From Leucoraja ocellata (lineage: Eukaryota): a stretch of DNA of 64,000 nt. The notes beneath the pieces were generated by a model. It searched no databases. It was not told where the DNA came from and saw only the letters and a program-made list of their open reading frames with translations. Shown one piece after another: positions 12,608-25,120 of the stretch. Position numbers and translations under genes: made by a program. Positions within the stretch are counted from its first letter, which is position 1. Each line of letters starts with the position of its first letter. Location: positions 310,001-374,000 of the forward strand of contig JAWMAR010000131.1 in the NCBI GenBank assembly GCA_036785375.1, read 5' to 3'.

Positions 12608-13799
12608 TAATTAGATTTTTTTTTTGGGTGGGGGGGACAACTTTAACTATATAGTTCTACCTTTTTGAAAGATTTAAATCAAGCCATTAAATCATGCTTT
12701 TAGAGAGTTTAACCTACTGTAACTATCATTTTCTTTCACCACGCATCCTGTGGGGCACTGCAATTCATTGTTCCAATCGAGGAGCCCAGTGCATGGAGAG
12801 ACGAAGCTGGTATATGACTAGGCAGGCAGCAAGGCTGGTCAAGATAAAGGTCAACAACTCCAGACTGCTAAAATGGAGGCCAGACATGAGCAGCTCGAAC
12901 AATCCAATTCCATCCTCGATTTGTTTCCTACCCTATTAACTCCACCATCAATCTATGGCCCACTAGACCTCAAAGGCATCTTCAGCCATCCCTTCCATTG
13001 TGCAACCAATCTCATGGCACCACACAAAAGGCGAAAGATCTCTGTCTGTAGTTAAATACACAAATACTTATGTGGCACATGATCATTTGTTTCTTCTGCG
13101 CAGCATAATAATTTTTCAGAGGTGCATGGCATGTAACTGATGTAGTCATTTCTACTGAAATGATATAAGGAAAATACCCTGGAGCGTAACTTTCCCAGAG
13201 CACTGGGAGGGGGGGATCAGACCTAATTAGAATCAGTCCTTCCTAGGTCCTGATATAAATCAGTTAAGGGGTGAGTGCCTAGATGCAGGTATGAATGGAT
13301 TTTGTGTTTCACTTCTGCCCCTGTTGACCTATGTTGACTTCAAGCTAAACGACGCTCAGAATAACTTACTCTCTCTTTCCTGGAAACTCATCAAAGATAC
13401 TCTCCTTTTTGTGAATCCCGTTTTTATTGTTCATCCAGTTTTGTGCATAGTTGTGCATGTGCAGATTATGCCTCATGAACTCTATACTGCATGTATAAAG
13501 TTTTTTTCCGACAATGCCAGTCCAGGTGCACTGCTGTTAATTGTTCACAGAGTGTTGCGTTTAGTTATTGTTTATGAGTTTTTATATGCCTAGTCATATA
13601 CCAGCTTCATCTCTCCATGCTCCTCGATTGGAACAATGAACCGCAGTACACCACAGGATGCGTGTTGAAAGAAAATGATAGTTACAAAAGATTAAACTCT
13701 CTAAAGCATGATTTAATGGCTTGATTTAAATATTTCAAAAAGGTAGAACTATATAGTTTAAACTGTCTCCCCCCCCCCCCCCAAAAAAAAATCAAATTA
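12608..13799. repeat. Long inverted repeat, ~215-bp arms (12608-12824 and 13587-13799) around a ~760-bp spacer
   Basis: aactatatagttctacctttttgaaa...gaagctggtatatgactaggca is the reverse complement of tgcctagtcatataccagcttc...tttcaaaaaggtagaactatatagtt. Confidence 0.9.
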
Positions 13800-14269
13800 C
13801 ATACATTGAGTTTTACTGAGTTGCATTGTTTGTGCGTGTATTTTTGTATTCTAACCTACTACTTTGAGATGGAGGGAGATCATTTGGCCCATCAAGTTCA
13901 TGCTGGCTCCAAATAGAGCTCCATCCATTCCATCGCCCTCTCTTTTACTGTCTTTCAAACCCTTTCACATTTTCATCTCCTTTGATTTAATTTTTTTATT
14001 TTTCAAAACTCATGACTGGTAAGGTGTCTGCAAATGCACTTTTCCTTGAATGAAAAGTGGTGACAACCAATTGATGTCACTTCTAACTGTTTGCTTCCCA
14101 GCATGAGCTGGGATTGCTTGCCTTTGTTAGATGAGCATTAAGTGACACCCTTCAACGCACACTGCTGCTTTTTGAGCTTTGCCAAGGAAATTGGTCTGTG
14201 TTGTTCCTAGAATGTTTATTTTTGATCACTAGCTGAACATTTGTCTTTCACTTTACTCTGTGCTAGATT

Positions 14270-14323
14270 AAGTTAAATTTCATGCCTACCTTTGTGTGAA
14301 GTTAAATTTCATGCCTACCTTTG
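14270..14323. repeat. Direct 25-bp duplication with a 4-bp spacer
   Basis: aagttaaatttcatgcctacctttg occurs twice, separated by tgtg. Confidence 0.9.
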
Positions 14324-15024
14324 ATTCCTTAGCACATTCTCCCATCACTTCAATTATGCAACCAACCTCATTCTACCACATAAATGGCCCCAAATCTAAA
14401 CCTCACCCATGCTATAAAACTCTGACCCTGATCACCAGTCTTCCCCCTCTCCGTCCCCTCACCCCTTCCCTTCACCCTTGACCTTCTATCCCATCTACAC
14501 AAGAAAATGGCTCTGCTAAAGAGCTTGGCATAAAACCTATGCCATACAGATCCTGACAGAAATCGCAAATGGATCTTCAGAAATGCAGTGGAGTGGGTGA
14601 GCAATTCCTGAAAGCACATTTCCACTTTTTGTGGTCTACAACATAGAAAAGATAAACTGTAAATAATGTCTGCTGGTGCATCTACAGCATGTCTAAACCG
14701 ACAGACCATAATGTCTAGTTGAAGAATGCATGATGAAATTAGTTTTGTCCAGGACCCCCAATCAAATTACTATGTTTCAGATCACATTTCTGTCCATTAC
14801 GAGGAAGGTTTTGCACAAAGGAGTGGTCCTTCACATTGAGCATGGCCCAAACATTTTAGCAGTCAACACAATCTCAGTTCCTGGGAGGGCAACTTTACGA
14901 CTACTTGGTTGAGCGCCACCAACTATTGTCAAGCATCACTGAGAGAAAGAGAGTAATTCTGGTTGACTTTGCTTGTTTGTTGAAGCATGGAACCTTGTAT
15001 CTTTCTGATCTCTGACTCCGATTC

Positions 15025-15370
15025 AGATTAGTGTTTGTCACATACATCGCGGTGCAATGAAATGTTGTGTTCTCATGAACCTCATAGAGCAAACAGTGTA
15101 CCTGGCCACAATGAGTGCAAAACAATGGAACGATGTAAAGATTTCAGTGGCATCTAAAGTAATGCAAAATAAAAACAAATGCAATAATGAAATGTGCTAA
15201 TGCGAGAGAATTATGAGTAAAAGATGTGGCAGCACCTTCAGAAAAGGAGTGTGAAAAAGATGTTTGGTTCAGGAGTCTAATAACCATGGCTGGAAGAAGC
15301 TATTCTTAAGTCTGGATGTCCATGCTCCTGTATCTTTTCCCAGAAGGTAGAAAAGATAAAAGGGAAAGGC
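15025..15370 (-). mobile_element. Degenerate Rex1/Babar-type 3' tail
   Basis: tttgtcacatacatcgcggtgcaatgaaat...ggttcaggagtct...ggaagaagctattcttaagtctgg is antisense to the tail at 21330-21620. Confidence 0.5.
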
Positions 15371-16029
15371 CAGGTTGGCAGGTATCATTATTGATTTGTG
15401 CATCCATCCTGATCTCCATTAGGCAGACTGTTGCATCTTGAGAATGACTCCTCAGTTTAAAAAAAAAACTAACATCGTTTAATTCAAAGCAGAACTGGCA
15501 AAACAATTATACAAAGGATTTCAAATCTTGGAATGAACAGATGATGCTTAGAGGATTAGTGATGGATTAAAATTGTCCTGTTTGTTATTGTTATTCAGTG
15601 GTTAAAACCCAAAACATTCCTATATGCTAAAAAACATTGCTTGTCTCGAACTTATTAAGAAGGGTATCTGTGAACGGAATATCCCATCTGGCAAAGTTCT
15701 GAGATTAAATTTGGCACCAATCACCTTGACTTGGCTCACAATCCTCAGATTTTTGTTCAAATCAAAGACCCATACAGTACCGTAAAAAAAAAAGTGTTTT
15801 TATGGTAACCATACAGATGGAGCTAGGCATAAAGAAGGGCAGCAGTTAACACACAGCTAATGAGAACACCGGGGTCTAGGCACAAATAAATAAACCGTGG
15901 GGTGAGGCAGTTGTGTAGTGTATTGTGAAATTAGTGATAATTGAAAAGACATGAAAAAATGTAACTATTAAAAGATTATTACTATAACAACATTACAAAC
16001 AGTCAAACAAAATGAAGGGATGTCATGGT

Positions 16030-16322
16030 CTTAGACGTAAACAGCATGGCAACAGACTCTGAGGCCCACCGAGTCTACACAAACCATCAAGCACCCATTT
16101 GCATTAATCTGACACTAATCCCTTTTCATTCTCCCCACGTTCCTGTCAACTCCCCCCAGATTTGACACACTTCAGCAATTTATAGTGACAAATTAACCTG
16201 GTAACCTGCAAAGTCTTTGCGGTGTTGGATGAAACCAGAACACCTGGAGAGCACAGGAGTTTAGAATTGAATCCAGGTCACTGGAGCTGAGGCAGCACCA
16301 CTACGAGCTGCCCACCACCGTT
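16030..16322 (-). mobile_element. Diverged HE1-like V-SINE
   Basis: ggcccaccgagtc tail, gaaaccagaacacctggag V-domain and ttgaatccaggtcactggagctgaggcagc head. Confidence 0.7.
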
Positions 16323-16539
16323 TCCCCAAATGCAGTTGTTTTTAAAATTGGAGGGAGAGCTGTCCAAATATGCTGTGGTGTTAATATGGTTATGAGGAGT
16401 TTTTGTTCAAATAGGGCACGGGTGATACGGAGAAGGAACATTATTGCATTTATGTCAACATATCTTTATATTGCTCTGTAGGTTTTTGTATTCATTACAC
16501 AAGTTAGGGGCTGAAAAGAACAATAATACTACTACTATG

Positions 16540-16725
16540 TGCTGGAATGTGGAATGAGCTGCCTGGGGAAGTGGTAGAGGCAAGAATGGAAATAACATTT
16601 AAGAGGCATCTGGGCAAGTACTTGAATGTGAAGGACATAGAAGGAAATGCAATTAATGTAGGCAAGTGTATAGACATAATGGTGGGCCAAAGGTCCTGTT
16701 TCTATACTGTAGAACCCTATGAGTC
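16540..16725 (+). mobile_element. CR1 3' fragment
   Basis: Translation WNELPGEVVEA...TFKRHLGKYLN, followed by the tail. Confidence 0.8.
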
Positions 16726-17120
16726 TATATCAATTACAGAATAGAACCACAATTGCTTCAGTCTAATATCATAGCAGAATTTCAGCGTGTGATCTATATA
16801 TGGAAGTATGAAAGGCTATTTTAATCTTTCCAGCAGCATGTTAAATCACTACTGTGAGTCAGCCTTTTTCTTTGTGAGCTTTTTCTTTCTATAGAAAGAG
16901 AAATTGAACAATGTCATTGATGCACACAATATCTGCACACAGGTGAAAGTTTAAATTTAACCCAGTCTACAACTGGAGACACAAGGGGAAATGCCAATGC
17001 TGGAATCATGAGCAAAAGAACAAAAGGCTAAAGTAACTGAGCAGGAGGGAGACAAAAAAGCTGGAGAAACTCAGCGGGTGAGGCGGCATCTATGGAGCGA
17101 AGGAAATAGGCAACATTTCG

Positions 17121-17715
17121 GCCCTTGTTACGAGTGGGGGGGGGGGAATAGGGAGTGAGAGCAGAGCTACGGGGTATGGAAGAAACCCTGGTGAGAGCCT
17201 CATCTATAGTAGGAGAACCCCCGTTCCCTGAAGAATGAGGACATCTCCGATGCCCTGGTGTGGAACACCTAATCCTGGGTGTAGATGCGGCGTAGACGGA
17301 GGAATTGGGAGTAGGGGATGGGGTCCTTACAGGAAGCCGGGTGGGAAGAAGTGTAGTCCAGATAGCCATGGGAGTCAGTGGGTTTATAGTGGATGTCGGT
17401 CAGTAGTCTATCACCTGTGATGGAGATAGTTAGGTCTAGAAATGGTAGGGAAATGTCGGAAATGGTCCAGATGTATTTGAGTGCCGGATGGAAGTTCGTG
17501 GTGAAATGGATGAAGTCAGTGAGTTGTGTGTGGGTGCAGGAGGTAGCACCAATGCAGTCGTCGATGTAGCGGAGGTAGAGTTTGGGGATAAGGCCCTGGT
17601 ACGCCTCAAACAAAGATTGTTCGACGTACCCTACAAAGAGGCAGGCATAGCTAGGGCCCATCCACGTGCCCACAGCTACGCCTTGTATTTGGAGGAAATG
17701 GGAGGAGTCAAACAA
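17121..17715 (-). pseudogene. Penelope-like reverse transcriptase fragment (frameshifted)
   Basis: QIQGVAVGTWMGPSYACLFVG...YLRYIDDCIG...LPFLDL...IHYKPTDSHGYLDYTSSHP...IPYSQFLRLRRI are diagnostic PLE RT motifs. Confidence 0.92.
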
Positions 17716-17744
17716 AAACCTTAACAACTTTCCTTTAACAACTT

Positions 17745-18135
17745 TTCATTTGCAACCGCAGGAAATGCTACACTTGTCGCTTTACCTCCCCCCTTGACTC
17801 CATTCAGACAGTGGTTTTTCCAGGTGCGGCAGAGGTTCACCTGCATCTCCTCCAACGTCATCTATTGCATCTGCTGCTCTAGGTGTCAGCTGCTGTACCT
17901 CGGTGAGACCAAGCGTTGGCTTGGCAATCGCTTCGCCCAACATCTCCGCTCGATTTGCATTAACCTACCAGCTCTCCGCACTTCAGCACTTCAGCTCCCC
18001 CCTCCCATTCCGAATCCGACCTTTCTGTCCTGGGCCCCCTCCATGGCCAGAGTGAGGCCCACCATAAATTGGAGGAGCAGCACCTCATATTTTGCTTGGG
18101 CAGTTTACACCCCAGCGGTATGAACATTGACCTCT
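17745..18135 (+). pseudogene. Penelope-like GIY-YIG endonuclease fragment
   Basis: FTCISSNVIYCICCSRCQLLYLGETKRWLGNRFAQHLRSI has the VIY...CxxC...YxGET...R..H pattern. Confidence 0.9.
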
Positions 18136-19499
18136 AATTTCAGGTAGTCTCTGCTTTCTCCTCCCCTTCTCAGCTCTCCCTCAGCCCACTGTCTCCGCTA
18201 CTTCCTTTCTTCTTCCCGTCCCCCCACCCTCACATCAGTCTGAAGAAGGTTCTCGACCCGAAACGTTGCCTATTTCCTTTGCTCCATAGATGCTGCCTCA
18301 CCCGCTGAGTTTCTCCAGCATTTTTGTCTATCTTCAATTTTCCAGCATCTGCCGTTACTTCATAAACAAAGGAACTGAGCAGATCAGGCAGCATCTGTGG
18401 AGGGAATTAATAGACAAGGTTTTGGGTCTTGATTTCTTCAAATATCATCTGACTTCATCAGTCTGAAGAAGGGCCCCAGTCCAAAACGCAGTCTGCCCAT
18501 TCCTTCCATGGATACTGTCTGGCCTGCTGTGTTCCTCCAGCCTTTTGTTATTTGCCCAATCTATATATGTACCACTTTACAAGTTTCAAATGGATGTTTG
18601 CAAATTTGACCTTGTGGTCATTCATTGAAATCCTTTGAAAATGAATGTCTGTGATGCTTTTAGAAAAACAATCATTGGTGGCAGTACTGTTGAGTGTATC
18701 TAAATATATAAGAAAACAGCAATGAACCTTTATATTGTATGTTTAATAACCATATCACAGCTGATTGTGAGCAGCTAGAAAGATCATATGTGAGATGCAA
18801 GCTGTTCGTTATGAAATTATTTACCTTATCACATGCATATTTGTCATTCAAAGCTAATAACTTCTTGATTTTTTTTAAATTAAATGCAAGTGATCAACAA
18901 TTATTTTTGAAAATTATTGGCCTCTTAAAACCAGGGCAAGTGACTATTTTGTTGCCATTTTTGTGAGGAGAGAGGTGTAATTAGATAAATTCAGCTCGTT
19001 GAACAGCAGTTAGTTAATTGAAAACCATACCTTAAATAATGGATACATCTACCCTGAAATAGAAGTACAATACAATAGCAGAGCAGGCATCTAGGTTTGT
19101 TTTGTGCTTCCATAACAGAATTTTGTATGTTAATTATAACATTTACATTAACGCTCATGAAAATATTTAACAAATGAAATTTATTGTGCTCTGCATGGCT
19201 GGATGCATTATTTCCAAAAAACCATTGTTGCGATTCTATTTGTTTACATTGTGCATGAGATGCAGGTGTTCAAGTTAAAATATTAGTATCTTCAACAATT
19301 CATTATGATATTACCATTAACTCCATTTTTCTTTTTTTTTTCCTGCTTTACCGCAAATGCCCAAAATTTGAAAATAGTTCAACAGAACTTTGCTTGTCTT
19401 CTGGTTAAAAAATAATAATCACAAATAAATTTGCAAAGAGTTCTCCTCAGTTTGTTAGCAAAATGATTAGTACTCACTCCAAACTGAGATGCATTGGTG

Positions 19500-19703
19500 G
19501 ATAGACACAAATTGTTGGAGCAACTAAGCGGGACCGGCAGCATCTCCGGAGAGAAGGAATGGGTGACGTTTCGGGTCGAGACCCTTCTTCAGACTCCTCT
19601 CGACCCATTCGTTCTCTCCAGAGATGCTGCCTATCCCGCTGAGTTACTCCTGCTTTTTGTGTCTATCTTCGGTTTAAACCAGCATCTGCAGTTCCCTCTT
19701 ACA
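19500..19703. mobile_element. Palindromic Penelope-terminus-derived element
   Basis: Inverted arms gcgggaccggcagcatctccggagagaaggaatgggt and acccattcgttctctccagagatgctgcctatcccgc. Confidence 0.85.
19565..19592 (-). ncRNA. Minimal hammerhead ribozyme core (PLE type)
   Basis: Minus strand reads CUGAAGA-A-GGGU-cucg-ACCC-GAAAC-GUC; stem I is only about 2 bp. Confidence 0.6.
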
Positions 19704-20721
19704 TAGAAAGAAGGTAACCTTACTTTAAAAATGTACAAATCGTAATCTCAGTTGTAGATTCTTAGAGAATGCCAAGTAACAGCAAACAAGATCCAGCATG
19801 ATTAGTACTTAGGAAAAGCTGCAAGGCCATCTTTGCAAAGTTGATCACATTAGAATTAGCATTTGATGCTAACTAACAGCGCTTCGAAACGCCCCCAACA
19901 CTTTTTGATCACCGTTTTTTATTTCAAGTATAAGTAGGTTAGCAGTAAATCTTAGCTTCACTATTGACACCCACATCCCCTGCATGACATTTTTTTTATG
20001 GTTTATTTGTCAAATTAAAGGAAAAATCTTGATTTTCATTAATCTAATTGGTATTATGTCAGTAGTACATCAGCCTAAAATGGCTGATCAGACTGTCACT
20101 GTTGGTCATTTGCAGATGTGGTATTTGCTCGGTAATTTATGCTTGATTGTTTAATTATTTTAAGAACAGTTTTAAAATTAGATTGTTCTGCAGTATAAGG
20201 AGGGGGTGAGGGGAATAGAATGAAAAAGTCTCAGGCAAGAAAAAAATCCTGCTGCATAGTCTGAGCAACAGTAGAACATATGTGGGAGATATTAAATTAT
20301 GCTTTCAAAAGTTTAAAATAAAAATCATTAATCTCCAGTTACAATGATATGCCAGACATTTAGCCAGAATTATTCAGAATTATTTTTTAAATCTGCTGTT
20401 TAAGGTGAAGAGGTAGCTAAAAACATTTTTGATTTTGCTTTCCTACTGCTTCCATTGATTGTTATTAACCCTCTTCCCCACACATTACAAGTGAAAGATA
20501 TTATGTATCCTGTCCACATGTCTGTCCATCTAGCTGTTTTTCTTTAAAATGCAGCAACCATCTTTATTAACTTTATTGGAACTTAAAAAAACCAAGCAGA
20601 CCTTAAACAAGCCAGTGGCACATGAGAGTTCATGGTACTTTTTTTCCTGTAGTTAGAATCTTTCCTCCTGCATACCTATCCACAGAAACCAACACTATCT
20701 TAATTTAAACATGAGGAGTAA

Positions 20722-20896
20722 AGGGCCTGTCCCACTTAGGTGATTTTTTAGGCGACTAGGCTGTTGCCACATGGTCGCCGGGGTGTCGCCTGTATGGTTG
20801 TGAGTAGTCTCCTCAGTCGCCCAAAGAGTCGTAGCGTCTTTCGTCGCCGCTGGATTTTCAATATGTTGAAAGCTTTTCGGAGACAGTCGGCGACTG
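20722..20896. mobile_element. Truncated PIF/Harbinger-type MITE (one terminus)
   Basis: TAA followed by agggcctgtcccacttagg, internal gtcgcc/ggcgac repeats, CpG-rich; no second TIR seen. Confidence 0.55.
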
Positions 20897-20944
20897 TAAG
20901 TTTGAGGTCAATGAGCATAGCTTGACTTCTCCTGATGATCCAAC

Positions 20945-21640
20945 ATGTAACCAATTGGATAATCGATGAGCGGAAATCTGACCTGGATCCAGTACATTGA
21001 TGAAATCACAAAGAAAGGTCATTACTTCATCAGAAGTTTGAAGAGATATGGCATGTCACTGAATACTGTCAAACTTCAACGGGTGAATGGTGCAGAGCAA
21101 ACTGACTGGTTGTCTCACAGCCTTGTTCGATATGTTGAGTACCCAAGAACCAAAGAGGCTGCAGAAAATTATGGACATTGCCCAGTCCATCAAGAGTGTA
21201 GATCTCATTCTTCACAATCAAAGGCATCCACAGGAATCACTGCCTCAAGTAGGCAGCTAATATCATCAAGGACACACACCACATTGGCTTTGCTCACATT
21301 TCACTGCTTCCATTGCGTAGAAGGTACAAGAGCCTGCGAACTGCTGTCTCTGGGTTCAGGAACAGCTTCTTCCCATCAACCCATAGGTTCTTGAACCACT
21401 CTGTACAACCCTAACCAAAATCCTACCTCAGCAATAAACTAGTATGGACTTTGTATAAGGGTCGCACTACATACTTGTATAGGCATATATTGGTCAGGTT
21501 ACCTTGTATAATTGACCATTTATAATATTGTGTAATGTATATTTAGTGTTGTATTACTGCTTTAATATACTGTGAAAGCTGCAATAAGAGTTTCATTGCG
21601 ACGCTTCCTGTGCATATGACCTCTTCACTTTTGACTTCTT
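20945..21640 (+). mobile_element. Rex1/Babar LINE 3' fragment
   Basis: NLTWIQYIDEITKKGH..YFIRSLKRYGMS, then ggttcaggaacagcttcttccc and a tail tttcattg...gtgcatatgac. Confidence 0.75.
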
Positions 21641-22759
21641 GGCTTGTATTTCAATAAGCCTCTCTGCCGAAACAAATCTAACTTAAGACCCCCTGAAAAA
21701 GTTCTTATTAACCATGTGACTATTCAGTAGCTCTAATAGCCAGATTTTCCTGATGTCAAATGGTGACATTTGACATGACACCATGGGCCATTTCAAAACA
21801 TTAGAAATACTATATAACTGTATTTATGTTGTGTCCACTCATTTTTTTGTTTTCTTTTGATACTGGATAACTGAAAAAGGAATGTTTGTGTGGGTTTCCT
21901 GCTGTAAACACTCTAGTTTAGGTTTTGTCTGTTGCTTCAGCTAACTTAACTGTTCATGAAAGTAGTACAGAGCCCAGTCTCAAAGAAATCATTATAAAAT
22001 ACTATATCCCACACTTTTAATTGCAATCATGGCTGTTTGTGATTCCCACAAGATGTTATAACTGCAATTAAAAGTGTAATTTAAATGTTAATTAATTATG
22101 TTCTTATTCCAAAGAGAAATGAGTGCTTTCTTGTACTCATTTCCTAATTGCTCCACCAAACTGCAATGAGTTTGAATAATTTTGTTTGACTTAGTAAAAT
22201 CTTTATAATATTGATTAGGGAATTTAATATGTTAATACTAAGTAATAAGCTGTGACAATGCAGGTTGTTCATCGGTTTTTGATTTAAACAACAGAATCTA
22301 TGAACCTGTGTTGCAGGTATGAAATAATTTGAATCCACACGTACCTGAATTTCCTTCCTGTTTTGTATGTTTTATGAGTAATTATTTTTTCTAGTGGCTG
22401 ATCTTCCATTATATTGCAAACAGTCAACCTATTGTGACATTTGTAACCACATGGGTTTTAAGTCATTGATGGTCAGTCGTTTTCACAGACCAGTAAGTCC
22501 TTCAAAACTTAATTAAATAGAATCGAGCAATTCCTTTCATTTACAAAAATAAAAGGTAAATTAATTATTTACATATGATGCTTTTTAAAGGCATTGCATC
22601 AATAAATACGCTAAATACATGTAATTATTTAATATCATGATATATCTAAAGTTAATTGTTGAATGTAGAATTAATATTGTAGAAAAATATGGAAAGTTGC
22701 TTTCCGATAGCCTATTAAAGAAGATTTCAATTTTTAAGGAAAGACTTAGATTTATATAG

Positions 22760-22850
22760 TGACACAAGAGATGGCAGATGCTGGAATCTAGAGCAAAAAG
22801 TAAAGTGCTGAAGGAACTCAGTGGGTCAGGCAGCATCTGTGGATGGAAAT
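22760..22850 (-). mobile_element. Penelope-terminus-derived single arm
   Basis: gcagatgctggaatc...ggaactcagtgggtcaggcagcatctgtgga. Confidence 0.7.
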
Positions 22851-22869
22851 CAACTGAAAATGTATATGC

Positions 22870-23440
22870 TACGGTTCATGACCTTATGAAGCCCCAGAGG
22901 AGTTTCCCTGCCAAGAGGTACACTATGGCAATGTAGGAAATACAACAGTCACACTGCCGTCAGCTGTGTCTGACAAACAGCAATGAATTGATGACCAAGT
23001 TATCTTTTCTTCAAAAGTGATGTTTGTTTAAGGATAGATATTGATCTGTACATTTAGTTTAGTTTAGAGATACAGTCTGGAAACCCTTCAGCCCTTGACC
23101 CACAGACCTGCACATTAACACTATCCCCCACACACACACACACACTAGGGACAATTTACAATTTTTACAGAAGCCAATTAACCTACACACCTGTACTTCT
23201 TTGGAATGTGGGAGGAAACGGGAACACCCGGAGAAAACCCACGCAGGTCACCGGGAGATCGTACAAACCCCATAGCACCCTTAGTCAGGATCGATCCTTA
23301 GTCTCTGGAGCTGTAAGGCAGGAACTCTACCGCTGTGCCACCGTGATGCCTTGGGGAGAACATTTCTGTTCTTCTTCAAAGTAGTAACTTGTGACCAGAT
23401 GGGGTCTTGCTTTCAAATCCAGTCCAAAGTTGGATTCATA
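22870..23440 (-). mobile_element. Deu-domain SINE (SacSINE1/AmnSINE1-like), interrupted by an HE1 SINE
   Basis: aatgtaggaaa...acaaacagcaatg...gatgtttgtttaaggatagatattg [insert] ggggagaac...tcttcttcaaagtagt matches my recall of the Deu domain. Confidence 0.6.
23053..23350 (-). mobile_element. HE1-like V-SINE
   Basis: (tttag)n tail, gtgggaggaaacgggaacacccggagaaaacccacgcagg V-domain, ctctaccgctgtgccaccgtg head. Confidence 0.9.
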
Positions 23441-24990
23441 GTTGAAGTATTTAAAAAGAGTTTGAAGGCCATGCATTTTTTAAATTTTAGGGCGGAATGC
23501 AGCAAAGGGGACATGGACATTCCCAACAAAACCATGAAAGCATTGGGGAGATGTACCTGGGGATTAATATCCTCACTATTGCTATCACTATCAATGGCAA
23601 CGTAACTTCCTGATGCACAGGAAAAGACTGTGGAAATGGGTCAACAATGTCGTATGCCTCTGATGTTAAAATTGCACAGTGATTATACAAGACTATCCCA
23701 TCAGTATAACATTAGCAGTCAAATAGGGCTTTCATTTTCTGAATTCGTCTGGCAACAGTTAACTCGGATATCATAATGCAGATATTTCATCAATCTACCG
23801 TACATCTGATATTCACAGCCCTATTTTACAGGGCAGATGCGTCCTCGTCTGATTTTGATTCCTTTTATGAATTTAGCTCCAGATCCACCCCCTTCCAACT
23901 CATTGATTTGACAATAGTAAGTTACCACTTCATAATGGATGTTAGTGCCAAATAATGTTCTTTAATTATATGGAGCAAACAGTGCCTTTTCCTCTGTGAT
24001 TTATTGCATCCATGACTTTTAACCCAAACAGCATTTTCGTTTATGCTTTAAAATATGTTAACTCTTTGAATTATTCTTTGAAATGCTGCAGTTAGAAAAA
24101 AAAATCACATTTGTGGTGGCTGATCTTCTGATGAGCTAAGTTATCAAAAGATGTTTCCATTGACTGTATAATTATGTGAAGATAACAGGGGTTTATTGTG
24201 TGAATTCATTATTCTCAACAAAGTAGTTGAAACAGAGGATGTGAAATTATAGGATCTGATCAACAGACCAGCTTGCATTCTCTATCTGTGAGCAGCTGGT
24301 TTTAGTCACTGTAAGTTGTAAAATATCACTGTTTCCTAAAACTAATACAGCTGGGAAATTTTGTGCCAAATTTCATGCTGTGTGTCCTTCATGCTCCACT
24401 CTTAAGAAACGACCATGTTTCTAGTCTCCCAGGCTGCCGGTCAATACCTTCAAAGATGGATGCTGCTTTAAAGCAAATATTGATTGTGGATATTGAAGAT
24501 ATGGTGCCATTTGTCATTGCTAATATTATTTAGAGTTATTGTTAAAAGCTGCAACATGAGAGGTGGCCAGGTTTCGGGGAAAACAGGAGAATATAGAGCG
24601 TTTCAGCAATGATAGATGACTACACAATGTTGGCTTTTATTGCAAGCGAGCAGTTGGCTGCTGTTTGGTTTACCTTTTTCCAAGAAAAACAGTTTGATGG
24701 GTTATGGAAGTGAACAGTATCATTCTGCCATAAAAGACATGAACCTTCCAGGGTGGTCTCTTCACGAAGGGAGCAGGGAGGTTAACATCTTTGCAAAATA
24801 CTTTCAACATGAATAGCAGTTTTACAGAATTATTAAAAGGAACTCTACCTTGGCTTAGAAGCTAAAGCTTCTTACAAAGGCTTTGCTTTTGAAAAAGCAT
24901 CATTTATGAGGTGTGGCGTACTTAAAAGGGCGAAGAATTTATTTTATAGGACATTGATAATATTTTCCTTTTGAACAAACAATATATATT

Positions 24991-25120
24991 TCTGAAGAAG
25001 GGTCTCGACCCAAACGGTCACCCATTCCTTCGCTTCAGAGATGCTGCCTGTCCCGCTGAGTTACTCCAGCTTTTTGTGTCTATTTTCGGTTTAAACCAGC
25101 ATCTGCAGTTCCTTCTTACC
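24991..25120 (+). mobile_element. Penelope-terminus single arm with a 13-bp TSD
   Basis: Starts tctgaagaagggtctcgaccc; aatatatatttct occurs at 24981-24993 and 25122-25134. Confidence 0.85.

Larger units (their letters stand above)
17045..18367. mobile_element. Penelope-like element, rearranged head-to-head, with inverted termini and a ~15-bp TSD
   Basis: RT on the minus strand and GIY-YIG on the plus strand; 17050-17121 is the reverse complement of about 18258-18330; TSD aaag(t/g)aactgagcag at 17030-17044 and 18368-18382. Confidence 0.9.
16976..18556. mobile_element. Older palindromic Penelope-terminus element split by the insertion at 17045-18367
   Basis: The left part 16976-17044 continues at 18368-18556 (gatcaggcagcatctgtgg...cagtctgaagaagggccccagtccaaaacg). 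Confidence 0.7.
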
